Source: a virus (lineage: Duplodnaviria > Caudoviricetes). Taken from it: 64,000 nt of DNA. Position numbers and translations under genes: made by a program. The notes beneath the pieces are model-generated. The model ran no database searches and had not been told where the DNA came from. It saw only the letters and a program-made list of their open reading frames with translations. How positions within the stretch are numbered: the stretch's first letter is position 1; each line of letters begins with the position of its first letter. The DNA lies in the IMG/VR virus record IMGVR_UViG_3300017708_001323, positions 3,780 through 67,779 of that record; one strand, written 5' to 3'. Below, piece by piece: positions 42,107-51,390 of the stretch.

Positions 42107-43840
42107 TTATGCTCCACGAGGCCGATTTGCCTCGGAAATACCTCTTTGTGCTCTTTCAACAGGTCTTTGTTGTGGACCTCTTTGCTGAACATTAGAAAAG
42201 GGTGAGCCAGCGCCCATTGAGCCTCTTTGTTCAGGTCTAGCGGGTCCTCTATTTCTCATTCCAACACCTTCCCCACCGGGATTCACAATGCCCGGAGGCA
42301 TCCCTCTTCCTACTTGTTGCATTACACCCGGAGGTACTCCAGCAGGAGGTGCTCCACCCGGAGGAGGTGCTCCACCCGGAGGAGGTGCTCCACCCGGAGG
42401 AGGTGCTCCGCCGGGTTGTTGACCTGTTTCTAATTTTTTATAGACAAACCTAATATCTCTTTTTCCTTCTTCCAACAATTCAGGTTGATAACCTAACATC
42501 ATCATTCTTTGAGCAAGATTTGCTTCCATCTCATCTCTTCTTAATCTTGTGATTTCATCTTCTTCTTCATTAGGATAAAGAGCAAGTTTCCAATCATGTA
42601 CATTCATTTCTCTTAACATTCTTGGGAATAAAACTTCAGTATACACTTTTTGCCCAAACTCAACTGCTCGATTAGTTACTAGTATTTGCATACCCTCATT
42701 ATTCAAACCACCAGACTTACCATTATCTATCATAAATACTGATGATACACCAAAGTATGCTGCTATACGATTTCTTATTTCGTCTCTTACAGCCATATAC
42801 TGCATTTCCTCAAGAGTGTCCATGAATTTAACCCAATTCACACCTCCTCTTCCAGTGGAACTCTCAATACCCACCTTAGGAACATAGTGGGGGTCTCTTT
42901 CCATTTTTTCGTCAACAGACTTCCAGAAAGATTTCATAGATTCCAGATTATCTGTAGTTACAGAAATAATTCCTTTTGGTATTCTTCTTTTCTGATAAGC
43001 GGTGTAGATGTAATTATCCATAGCGGTTAGAGACATTGCTTGTCTCCACATAGTGTTAACTGGAGATTTACCATACAATTTACTAGGATTATATTTTGAA
43101 ATGTGTATAACTTCTCCCTTAAGATAGTATTGATTTTTTCCAGAACCAGCCATATTGATATAATGTGCATCTTCCATTTTTGAACCACACACCTGACACG
43201 CATCATCTTGACCGGGATAATTAATTTGGTCTCTGTGAATAGCACAAACTTTGTATCTACCACCTCTTACTCCTCTCTTATCTGCTACTATTCTCATAAA
43301 GATGGGGTCACCTCTTATGATTTCTTTTACTCTGTAAAATTGTATTTCTCCAGTATCTGGGTCTACAAAGTACTCTTTAACTAAAATTAAGAAAGCATCA
43401 TCGACTATATTCAAATCATCTTCTACTTCTTGTAAAATGTGCATAAAAGATTGTTCCATAGAGTTCTCTTGTTTTAATAACCAACGTGGATATACAGCCT
43501 CATCTACATCAGGAGTCCTTACTTCACCCCCACAGGCTTTACACATATCCACTGAATGTTGATATTCTTCACCACAGTCTATACATTTAGTTTCAAACTT
43601 CTTTTCAAAGTAATACCCTCTTCGGAATATCTCTTGTTTTAATTTTGCTAAAACCGTCCTAAGAATTAAATTTTCACGAGATACAGCATAAAGAGCAGGA
43701 AGTGTAATTCCTTGCGCTAATACTGGTTCTTGAATACCAGTAGTCAACATTGGCATTTGAGGTTGTGGTGTAGTCCTTCTTTTGAAAGGGCTAGAAAGAG
43801 CACTGATAAATCTAGAAACTCTACTCTCATCATCAGCCAT
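42107..43840 (-). CDS. Portal protein with two Zn-ribbon insertions and a Pro/Gly-rich tail
   Basis: EVEDDLNIVDDAFL, EVIHISKYNPSKLYGKSP, IPKGII and RNRIAAYFGVS are HK97-type portal motifs; start at 43840 overlaps the upstream stop (TAATG). Confidence 0.88.
   Translation of the reverse strand: MADDESRVSRFISALSSPFKRRTTPQPQMPMLTTGIQEPVLAQGITLPALYAVSRENLILRTVLAKLKQEIFRRGYYFEKKFETKCIDCGEEYQHSVDMCKACGGEVRTPDVDEAVYPRWLLKQENSMEQSFMHILQEVEDDLNIVDDAFLILVKEYFVDPDTGEIQFYRVKEIIRGDPIFMRIVADKRGVRGGRYKVCAIHRDQINYPGQDDACQVCGSKMEDAHYINMAGSGKNQYYLKGEVIHISKYNPSKLYGKSPVNTMWRQAMSLTAMDNYIYTAYQKRRIPKGIISVTTDNLESMKSFWKSVDEKMERDPHYVPKVGIESSTGRGGVNWVKFMDTLEEMQYMAVRDEIRNRIAAYFGVSSVFMIDNGKSGGLNNEGMQILVTNRAVEFGQKVYTEVLFPRMLREMNVHDWKLALYPNEEEDEITRLRRDEMEANLAQRMMMLGYQPELLEEGKRDIRFVYKKLETGQQPGGAPPPGGAPPPGGAPPPGGAPPAGVPPGVMQQVGRGMPPGIVNPGGEGVGMRNRGPARPEQRGSMGAGSPFSNVQQRGPQQRPVERAQRGISEANRPRGA
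42344..42414. repeat. 18-bp tandem repeat x4 (PGGAPP) in the portal C-terminus
   Basis: aggaggtgctccacccgg repeated in tandem. Confidence 0.9.
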
Positions 43841-45063
43841 TATATTCCCTCCGACCATTTACTAATATCGTCTACGGAGCATTCCCATTGAGATAGTAAG
43901 TTTTCTGCTTTTTGAGTGTCGTCTTTCCAATTATTGTATCTAACCACACGCAACAACTCGGTCTTACGAAGAGGGTCTTCCTCTTGGAGATATTGCAAGA
44001 CAGCCTTTGCTTGGGTATCTTTCATTTGTAAATGTGGTAAAATCATTTTTAGTAGTTTTTCTACATCACCTTTTGAATAAAATTGTAATCTATGTTGACT
44101 TCTAGTGGAGTTTTTGTGTACTTTTTGGTCTAATTGTAAAACCCCACATTCTAAAGTTTTGTGTAATTGTTCACAGTGTGCTCTACCTCTATCACCAGTA
44201 GCGACAAAACCTGCTCTTGCTTCACCCCTACCTGTAATTGTAATGTAGCCGTCAGCGTCTAAAAAGCCCGCTGCGTATGCAAAAGGGTCTTTTAGAATTA
44301 AACCATTTTTATCCATCTTTACAAAAGTTCCTCTAGAAGCACCAGCAGTAATGTCTAGTTCTTCCCCATACATAGAAATTAATTTTGATAACTTGTTACT
44401 GGTCATACTTTTGTGTACAACATTGTTTTCACTTAGATGTTCAAATATGGCTCTACTACTCATAGGCCCTCTCTCTGTTAAAACCAAACTGGCTTTTTCT
44501 ATAGTTTCCCTATCTTTTGAGTTTAATTTATCTATTTGATGTAAACTTGTTTTCCACATTTTTCTTGCATCTTTCTTATTTTGCATAGCATTAGCCCATG
44601 TTTGATTTTCATGTTGCCCCCATACATCTTCAAAACTATCGAGAGTCTTGAGAGAAGTATCTGCTTGTTCCCATAATTGACAAGCATTAATTAAACCAGT
44701 TTTTCTTGAATCTGAAAATCTTCTAAGTGATTTTAAATCTCTATCTGAAAGTCCTAATCCTCTAAGTGTATCATATCTTTCATTAGCCCAAGGTATTTGT
44801 GATAATGTGCTTTCAACTTCTAATTTTTTTAATGCTCTGACATCTTGAATTATGTCATCTATTTCATGCTTAACATTTTTATTTTTCCTTCGCATTTTTC
44901 TAAGTCTAGATACGAACTCATTCGCTGTAACACCTAGATGGCTTTCAAACCAACCTTCGCCAGTATTAGAAAAAAATTTTTTCACTTGAGTGACTTCAAC
45001 AACTTCTTCATTGCTTTCCGCTTTAACAAAAAAAGAGTCTTCCAAAAAAGCGCTCGCCCACAT
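43840..45063 (-). CDS. LAGLIDADG-family protein with a long N-terminal extension, 407 aa
   Basis: YAAGFLDADGYITI motif and ILPHLQMKDTQAKAVL C-terminal pattern; a winged-helix-like segment (GPMSSRAIFEHL) lies upstream of it. Confidence 0.8.
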   Translation of the reverse strand: MWASAFLEDSFFVKAESNEEVVEVTQVKKFFSNTGEGWFESHLGVTANEFVSRLRKMRRKNKNVKHEIDDIIQDVRALKKLEVESTLSQIPWANERYDTLRGLGLSDRDLKSLRRFSDSRKTGLINACQLWEQADTSLKTLDSFEDVWGQHENQTWANAMQNKKDARKMWKTSLHQIDKLNSKDRETIEKASLVLTERGPMSSRAIFEHLSENNVVHKSMTSNKLSKLISMYGEELDITAGASRGTFVKMDKNGLILKDPFAYAAGFLDADGYITITGRGEARAGFVATGDRGRAHCEQLHKTLECGVLQLDQKVHKNSTRSQHRLQFYSKGDVEKLLKMILPHLQMKDTQAKAVLQYLQEEDPLRKTELLRVVRYNNWKDDTQKAENLLSQWECSVDDISKWSEGI

Positions 45064-45087
45064 ATTCTTTGACCCCTCTAATGACCT

Positions 45088-45159
45088 TTATTTACTTAAT
45101 GACCACCAAAAAGTGGTATTCTCATTTTCACTATCCATGTATGTTGTATTCATCCACAT
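45088..45159 (-). CDS. Possible 23-aa micro-ORF (MWMNTTYMDSENENTTFWWSLSK)
   Basis: ATG preceded by GGAGAGTG; fills the gap between terL and the LAGLIDADG gene. Confidence 0.35.
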   Translation of the reverse strand: MWMNTTYMDSENENTTFWWSLSK

Positions 45160-45193
45160 CACTCTCCTTCGTATCTTATTTCCTTTTTCAACT

Positions 45194-46693
45194 CTATGGT
45201 ATCATCCAACCACTATTGCGATGTTTTCTACCTGCGTGCCAATCATCAAAGCCGGGTAAAATATCATCAAGAAGCACAACACTACCTTTGAACTCTTTAG
45301 TTGCAAAATTAGCAAGAGCCAAACCCATTGCTAAGTCGTCATGTACACCCACAGATTCTAGTCTACCATTTTTCTGCATACCAAATCTGTTTAATTCTTG
45401 TTCAAGAGTATGAGTAAACTTTCGAGATTCTTCATTCCCATAAGGCGTTCTTATTTGACCTTGCTCAAATGCCAATAATAACGACATGAATATTGTCTCC
45501 TTCTTTTGTTTCGTTGTCATGAAAGTCTTAACTGGAATATCAGATGCCATTTCTTTTAGTTCAGTAGCCAACATACGCTGGAAATTATTACCTTCTAATT
45601 CTATCAACTCTGGCATAAACTTGTTATTTATAGCAATAATTTGTCTTTTTTGAGCCATGCTAGACATACCTTTTTGATGTACTACATGCACAATTTCTTT
45701 GATACCGTCATTTTCTGGTTTTATTCTAAGACCTAACATCGCTGTAAAGTCAGCGTTTTTATCAGAAGAAATCGCAGGGTCCCAACCAAAGAAATGTTGC
45801 CCGTAAATCCCATCAGGTTCACCCTCCTCATTGTAAGCGGTATCTGCTCTCGGAATTAAAACAAGTTCAGGGTCTCTGGCTTTTTCTAGTATATCATTAG
45901 GAAACATACTAGCAACATCGTGAATAGGTTCACATAAATATTCACGAGAAAACTGTATTGCTGGCATAGAAAGTCGTCTTTCATCTAACGCTTCAAGATT
46001 CCATCTAGCGGGCCATAATGCTTCACCTTCTTGATTTATTGCTGGATATGTCTCTACGGTAAAGGTGTCTTTCTTTTCTAATTCTGCATACAAATCGTTG
46101 TAACTAAATGGTGTACCGACCATCATCAAACGAGAACTGTGGTGAAGAACTGGTAACAAAACACCATAAAACCAATCAGCAGTTCTGGCTAATTCACCAG
46201 CACTAGTCCCCCAAAGAATATCGTCGCAAACAACAACGTCAGGGTGGAAACCACGAGTAGCACCACCAACTGACTTAGCCATAAGACGACTACCATTTGT
46301 AAACTCGAAATATGATTTAGCCCAAGGTTTTCCTTGAGGTTTTAAATCTCTTAAACAATCAGCCATATCTATATTATTTCTAATAAATCTCATATGTTCA
46401 AGAGTCTGCTCTAAAGAGTGTGAGAAAATCATAATGTGGGTATTAGGATTAAATGCTGCTAACCATAATGCATAACTCATAAAGAAAACAGATTTTCCGT
46501 GGTCTCTTGACGCTTTTACACAATAATATCTACTTCCAGCAAGACCCTTCTCCCATTGTTCGTGATGCCAATTTAAATCAAATTTTAAAATCTCTGTAAA
46601 AAAATACTGAAATGATTTTTTACTCATTTCTCTATCCATCTGCATGATGAAATCTTGCATGTCTTGACCCTTATCGTCAATCATGAATATCAC
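45194..46693 (-). CDS. terL: Terminase large subunit, 499 aa
   Basis: Walker A ASRDHGKS, Walker B VVVCDD, coupling motif VGTP, and nuclease motifs GWDPA and HDDLAMGLALA. Confidence 0.93.
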   Translation of the reverse strand: MIFMIDDKGQDMQDFIMQMDREMSKKSFQYFFTEILKFDLNWHHEQWEKGLAGSRYYCVKASRDHGKSVFFMSYALWLAAFNPNTHIMIFSHSLEQTLEHMRFIRNNIDMADCLRDLKPQGKPWAKSYFEFTNGSRLMAKSVGGATRGFHPDVVVCDDILWGTSAGELARTADWFYGVLLPVLHHSSRLMMVGTPFSYNDLYAELEKKDTFTVETYPAINQEGEALWPARWNLEALDERRLSMPAIQFSREYLCEPIHDVASMFPNDILEKARDPELVLIPRADTAYNEEGEPDGIYGQHFFGWDPAISSDKNADFTAMLGLRIKPENDGIKEIVHVVHQKGMSSMAQKRQIIAINNKFMPELIELEGNNFQRMLATELKEMASDIPVKTFMTTKQKKETIFMSLLLAFEQGQIRTPYGNEESRKFTHTLEQELNRFGMQKNGRLESVGVHDDLAMGLALANFATKEFKGSVVLLDDILPGFDDWHAGRKHRNSGWMIP

Positions 46694-47508
46694 ACATTCC
46701 CTTGTATTTGTTGAGAACCGTCTAAGTTTTTAGCATTCAATCTTTTTTCTTCCCTTGCATCTTCAGCATCATCTTGATTTATGATTTTTACCATATCTTT
46801 TTCTGTAAACTGATTAAGATTGGACTGAGCAGTAGAGGAAGCGACATTAGGAGCCAACACTTTTACTTGGTCTTCAGTCATATTTCTTGTAGGCTCTTTT
46901 AATTCTGGTTTAACTTTTACAGGTCCACCTGCAAATCTTCTTGTAAATACACTTTGTTCTGGTGATACACCTACTAAACGCTCTTCTGGAGAAGGAGTTC
47001 TTATTGGATTGATTTGTCTCTGTTCACTAATCATAGCAGGGTTTACTCTAGCATATTCTGTTGGTGGAGTCACATATGTAGATGAAGCGACAGGCGCTTG
47101 GGTACGCCCAGTTTGTTCTGGTTCACTATCAACTCTTTCTGCAATTTTATTAGCATCTAAACGCGCTCGCCTTGGATTGGCTATACCTCTCGCAGTAAGC
47201 GTGGTATTATACCCAGTATTAAATGCAGAAGTTGGTCTAAATTTACCTTCTACCATATTCCTTGAAAGAGCATGTGCGCCGGATAAGTAGCCAAGTCTTC
47301 TAGTCCATTTATTGGTTCTCTCTTGATTTCTATCAAAATTTGCAAGTTCTTCTGGAGTGGCACTATCTTTTATTTTTTCCCGAAAGCGTTGTACATCTCT
47401 ATCACCTAATACCTGACCTAAAACTGAAGAAAGAGTATTTTGAAAACCTGTACCCCTCCCAGAAGAAGGTGCCGCTTCCCCTTGTTTAAGAATCAGAACT
47501 TTACCGAT
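46690..47508 (-). CDS. Hypothetical protein, probably 272 aa from an ATC start (the ORF track gives 188 aa from 47256)
   Basis: The frame stays open for 84 codons upstream of the annotated ATG, back to GGAGGGATTG-TAATC-GGTAAAGTT, giving (M)GKVLILKQ. Confidence 0.55.
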   Translation of the reverse strand: MGKVLILKQGEAAPSSGRGTGFQNTLSSVLGQVLGDRDVQRFREKIKDSATPEELANFDRNQERTNKWTRRLGYLSGAHALSRNMVEGKFRPTSAFNTGYNTTLTARGIANPRRARLDANKIAERVDSEPEQTGRTQAPVASSTYVTPPTEYARVNPAMISEQRQINPIRTPSPEERLVGVSPEQSVFTRRFAGGPVKVKPELKEPTRNMTEDQVKVLAPNVASSTAQSNLNQFTEKDMVKIINQDDAEDAREEKRLNAKNLDGSQQIQGNV

Positions 47509-49763
47509 TACAATCCCTCCATAAATGCCACTTTAACGGCTTTGATGATGCTTTCGTCTATTTTGAATGTTTTAGATATTCTGTTCCAATCACCCTTAGA
47601 AAGTAAAATCGCTTTTACATCTGTCTTTGTGATTTGAGTTTTACTAGCCATATATGATATATCATCTTCACTATAGATACTTAACTTCTGTTGTGGTAAT
47701 AATTTACGAACACTATCATCAAGCCTAGCATCTCTAATCTGTAGATTCTCCATTGCTTTGATTAGTCTATCTTCTACAGAAGAATCTTCGGCTTTGAATG
47801 TAAGTGGTAATCTCTCTTGTCTTAAGTCAGAAACAGATGATTGATATCTAGCAAGACGCTCTTGTGCTTCAGGAGAAGAGAAATCTGGAGTTCTTTGACC
47901 CCCGCCCATATATTGGGTCGGAGGCTGTCTGGCTGCATATACTCTTTGCACTTGTTCAGGTGTAGCGTATTGGAAAGCCCGTCTTGCATCAGCCATTGTG
48001 GGACCACCGCCCGCAGCAGAAGTGTCAAGAGTTGGTGCTCTTTCTTGTACTGCTACTTTTTTCCTCGCTGCCGGATTAATTGTAGCAGTTCTTGTTTCTG
48101 TAGAGTTATCACTTGATGGTGTAAAACTAGCATTGGTATTTGAGAATTCTCGACCAGTTACTGATGGACTTGTTGTATGAATATAATTATCTAAAATGTG
48201 TGGTCCAAATTCCTGATTAGAAATACCCGAACTAAGTCTAGAACCAACAGCACGAGAAGGCATTTCTTCTGCTGATAAAATCGGTCTATCTGGTGTATGT
48301 CCATGATGATGTGATAAGAGTCTAGCAACTTGTTCAGTCATTCTTCTTTGCCCTTCTACATCAGGATGTAAAGGTTGAGAATGTTCAAAATCTAAATCTC
48401 TCATAGCACTAATACCACCACCCTGTTCAGATTCACCCATTAAATTTGCAAAGGCGTATAAATCGGCAGCAACGCCGTGACTCTTTTTCCTTCTATCTAA
48501 TTGATATCTAGTCTTTAGTTTACCAGCGCTTATATGGGTTCTAAAATCATTATACTCCATAGCACCTTCAGGGGTATTGACATTTTCTCTTAATGCGTTT
48601 ACCACTTGACCCGCTATTCCTTGTTTTGGGTCTCCCATAAGAAGATGTAAAGCAGCAGGTGTTTCATTTAATTTTCTAACTGCTGCATTGGCTAATGTTG
48701 CATCTGAAATAACTTGCCCTAGAGTAAAAGTTCCACCAGCATCAGCAAAGAACGGCTCATTCAAAACTTCGGGTGGTATTTTCTTAGGGTTTAATTCTAG
48801 AAGTGTTTGTGCTAACTTGTCTATCCCAGCATTTCTACCCGATTTACCTGTAGAATACATTACATCAGGTAAATGACGCATCATCTCCCAAGAATGAATA
48901 TCACCAACTGTTTGTCCTAATTTTTCTTGGCCCATTCTTTGTAGAAACTTATCAGATAGTTGACCTTCTGGACCTAACTGGTCTCCCAAAATTCCTTTTT
49001 TACGACCAGCAACAGGCTTCCCATTATTGGAATTAATCGCTAAATCATCAACTGATATATTATGATGAGTAATACCCTCTTCATATTTTCCTAATTGAAT
49101 ACCGTCTTCTACTAAAATATCTTTAATGAAATGAGCCATTGGTATTGAGTATGTTTCACCAAATCTACCAAGTATACCATGCGCTTTACTATTTGAAAAT
49201 ACAGTACCGAACTGATTGTGTCTATCTGTCCCCGCTTCCTCACTACCATGGGAACCTCTAATTTTCATTCCTAAAGTTTCATCTTTATTTTTTCCAGATT
49301 GATAATCCATCAACTTAAGTTTTCGCCATTCATGTGATTCTACATGTGGTAAAATATGATTATCGTCTCCTCTCTTAGTTTTCTCATCGTTGTATCTTTG
49401 AATGGCTTCTTGAACAACTTCTCTAGGGTCTTTTTTAGACCCCGCTTGTTTTAATTTAAAACCTACTTTTCTAATTAAACCATCAATACCATGCATATGG
49501 TCAACACCAAATTCATCTCTCCAAACTTTTTCACCATATTCACCAGTACCCCACTGACCTTTAGTACCTTCATCTTTATCTCCATAATGAGAAAACATTG
49601 GTCTATCAAAACCTTGAGGGTGAGAATCATCATGGTTTCCATGCATTATATATTCAGGATGATTTCCTAAGTAGTAACTTTCTCCAGTAACAGGATGGAA
49701 GCCGTGATTCCCATCACCTTTGAAAATTAATTTTGGTTTAGAAAAATCAACTACAACTCTCAT
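47508..49763 (-). CDS. Hypothetical protein, 751 aa (putative internal virion protein)
   Basis: Long coupled ORF; H/G-rich; carries LIFKG, LTFKA and LIKA motifs. Confidence 0.65.
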   Translation of the reverse strand: MRVVVDFSKPKLIFKGDGNHGFHPVTGESYYLGNHPEYIMHGNHDDSHPQGFDRPMFSHYGDKDEGTKGQWGTGEYGEKVWRDEFGVDHMHGIDGLIRKVGFKLKQAGSKKDPREVVQEAIQRYNDEKTKRGDDNHILPHVESHEWRKLKLMDYQSGKNKDETLGMKIRGSHGSEEAGTDRHNQFGTVFSNSKAHGILGRFGETYSIPMAHFIKDILVEDGIQLGKYEEGITHHNISVDDLAINSNNGKPVAGRKKGILGDQLGPEGQLSDKFLQRMGQEKLGQTVGDIHSWEMMRHLPDVMYSTGKSGRNAGIDKLAQTLLELNPKKIPPEVLNEPFFADAGGTFTLGQVISDATLANAAVRKLNETPAALHLLMGDPKQGIAGQVVNALRENVNTPEGAMEYNDFRTHISAGKLKTRYQLDRRKKSHGVAADLYAFANLMGESEQGGGISAMRDLDFEHSQPLHPDVEGQRRMTEQVARLLSHHHGHTPDRPILSAEEMPSRAVGSRLSSGISNQEFGPHILDNYIHTTSPSVTGREFSNTNASFTPSSDNSTETRTATINPAARKKVAVQERAPTLDTSAAGGGPTMADARRAFQYATPEQVQRVYAARQPPTQYMGGGQRTPDFSSPEAQERLARYQSSVSDLRQERLPLTFKAEDSSVEDRLIKAMENLQIRDARLDDSVRKLLPQQKLSIYSEDDISYMASKTQITKTDVKAILLSKGDWNRISKTFKIDESIIKAVKVAFMEGL

Positions 49764-50995
49764 GGTGTCGCGCCCCCTCGCCCAACATCATGACCGACTG
49801 TATCAATTCCGAAGTGGCGAGGGTCTGTCTTTGCGTCTTCTGTAGCCCCTTCATTTCTATTCGTAGATTTAGGAGCATTACTAGGGTGTTTTGGTAGATT
49901 ACTCCCAGCACCACTTGTATCAGCATTTCCATATCCTTTCTTCTTACTTTCTTTTTCTCTAAGGATTCTTCTAGTTCTATTGAGTAATTGTCTTAATTCT
50001 TGTACGGTAGCCCAATCAAAACCACCTCTTCTTTTTTGTAATTCTGAACCAATGAATATATCTTCGCTTGTCATAACAGGCATTGGTGGTGGAGGTGCTG
50101 GCATACCAGAGGCACCACCGCCCATAGCCAAGTGTGGAGCACCAGAAATTCTTGGTGGTTGAATTGGTGGAGGTCTCATTGGTTTTAATTTAGGTTTAGG
50201 TACTTTTCCTGAAAAACCCACAACTGATGCTGGGGTTGGAGAAGCAGGTGTTCTTACCTGACCTTGTTGGGCCATAGCACCTTGTCTTGCCATAAAACTT
50301 GCATATTTTCTAGGGTCTTCTAATCTCATAGGTTGTTTTGTTTTCAGACCACGGTGAGACATCTCAACTGCTAAGTGTGCTCTACCTAACCCAGTTTTCT
50401 TAGAACCACCTAGACTTCTTGACAGCGCTTTTGCTCTTCTAGATGTTGCAGACTTAGGAGAATAGCCACCTTTTGGTTTTTTGAACTCACCAGTGCTTGG
50501 ACGACCCTTTTTCCTAGCCTCCTTTTTACTTTGCTTTTCTCTCTGTTTTTTGGTTTTCGCTTTTCTTAATTCAGACCAAGCAGCAGCCATAGGTTCACCA
50601 GTAGAAATTAACTCACCTCTACCAACGCCGGGACCTTTTGCTCCACCTGCTAAACTAGATAAAAAGCCAAAATTACCCGCAGCACCTGTTTGTAAGTGAG
50701 TCTCTCGGTCTGCATCATATTTGTCGGAGTCATCTTCTCTTTCTTCATCTTCTTCTTCGTCTCCAACATTTCTTAAAATACCCGGTTTTACTTTGATATG
50801 TTTTCTTCTACGAAGTTTTTTCTCGTGTTTCTCTCTTTCTTTCCTTTTCTTTTCTTTTTCCATATCTTCATAACGAGGGTCGCCGGGATTATAACTACCA
50901 TCTCCGTCATTATTTCTGAACATAATAGACGATTCTGAACGAGGAGCGTACATTCTGGTATCAGAACCTCTTCCCATCATACCTTCAGTCATCAA
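49760..50995 (-). CDS. Basic low-complexity protein with an internal AWxxLRKA motif, 411 aa
   Basis: K/R-rich and P-rich blocks; contains MAAAWSELRKA. Confidence 0.65.
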   Translation of the reverse strand: MMTEGMMGRGSDTRMYAPRSESSIMFRNNDGDGSYNPGDPRYEDMEKEKKRKEREKHEKKLRRRKHIKVKPGILRNVGDEEEDEEREDDSDKYDADRETHLQTGAAGNFGFLSSLAGGAKGPGVGRGELISTGEPMAAAWSELRKAKTKKQREKQSKKEARKKGRPSTGEFKKPKGGYSPKSATSRRAKALSRSLGGSKKTGLGRAHLAVEMSHRGLKTKQPMRLEDPRKYASFMARQGAMAQQGQVRTPASPTPASVVGFSGKVPKPKLKPMRPPPIQPPRISGAPHLAMGGGASGMPAPPPPMPVMTSEDIFIGSELQKRRGGFDWATVQELRQLLNRTRRILREKESKKKGYGNADTSGAGSNLPKHPSNAPKSTNRNEGATEDAKTDPRHFGIDTVGHDVGRGGATP

Positions 50996-51390
50996 TAATC
51001 CCCCATAAGATACTCACTAGAGCGTTGTAACGCAGAGGCTATGTCTTCATAGAACTGTTGGATGCTAGGTGGGTCGAGAAAACAACTTCCCATTAATTTT
51101 AACTCACCTCTTATTCTTGGTAAAATTTCTCTTAACTTTCTTCTTGTTTCAAAAACAATTTCAGGCTCATCAGATTCACAGAGAGTTTTTAGATAATCAA
51201 TTATTTCTAAAATAGCGCTACCAAAAACTAATTGAAGATTCTCTTTTTCAACATAAAAGTTAAACTTTTGAAACACTAAAGAAATATAATCTAAAAACAC
51301 AGGTAGTCTTTTTTCATCAATGATTATGTTATCATGTAATAGTCTGTAACCGGGATGTGATGAAACAAATAACTCATCAATTATAATCAC
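50992..51390 (-). CDS. Hypothetical helical protein (~132 aa)
   Basis: Likely GTG start overlapping the upstream stop (GTGA), with a GGAG RBS. Confidence 0.6.
   Translation of the reverse strand: MIIIDELFVSSHPGYRLLHDNIIIDEKRLPVFLDYISLVFQKFNFYVEKENLQLVFGSAILEIIDYLKTLCESDEPEIVFETRRKLREILPRIRGELKLMGSCFLDPPSIQQFYEDIASALQRSSEYLMGDY

Noticed and set aside
43840-46693. Intein or group I intron associated with the LAGLIDADG domain
   Set aside because: TerL and the portal are each continuous and of normal length, and the LAGLIDADG ORF lacks intein splice residues (N-terminal Cys/Ser, C-terminal His-Asn).
47256-47508. Frameshifted pseudogene upstream of the 188-aa ORF
   Set aside because: Recounting the A-run at 47368-47378 shows the frame is continuous; the only anomaly is the start codon.
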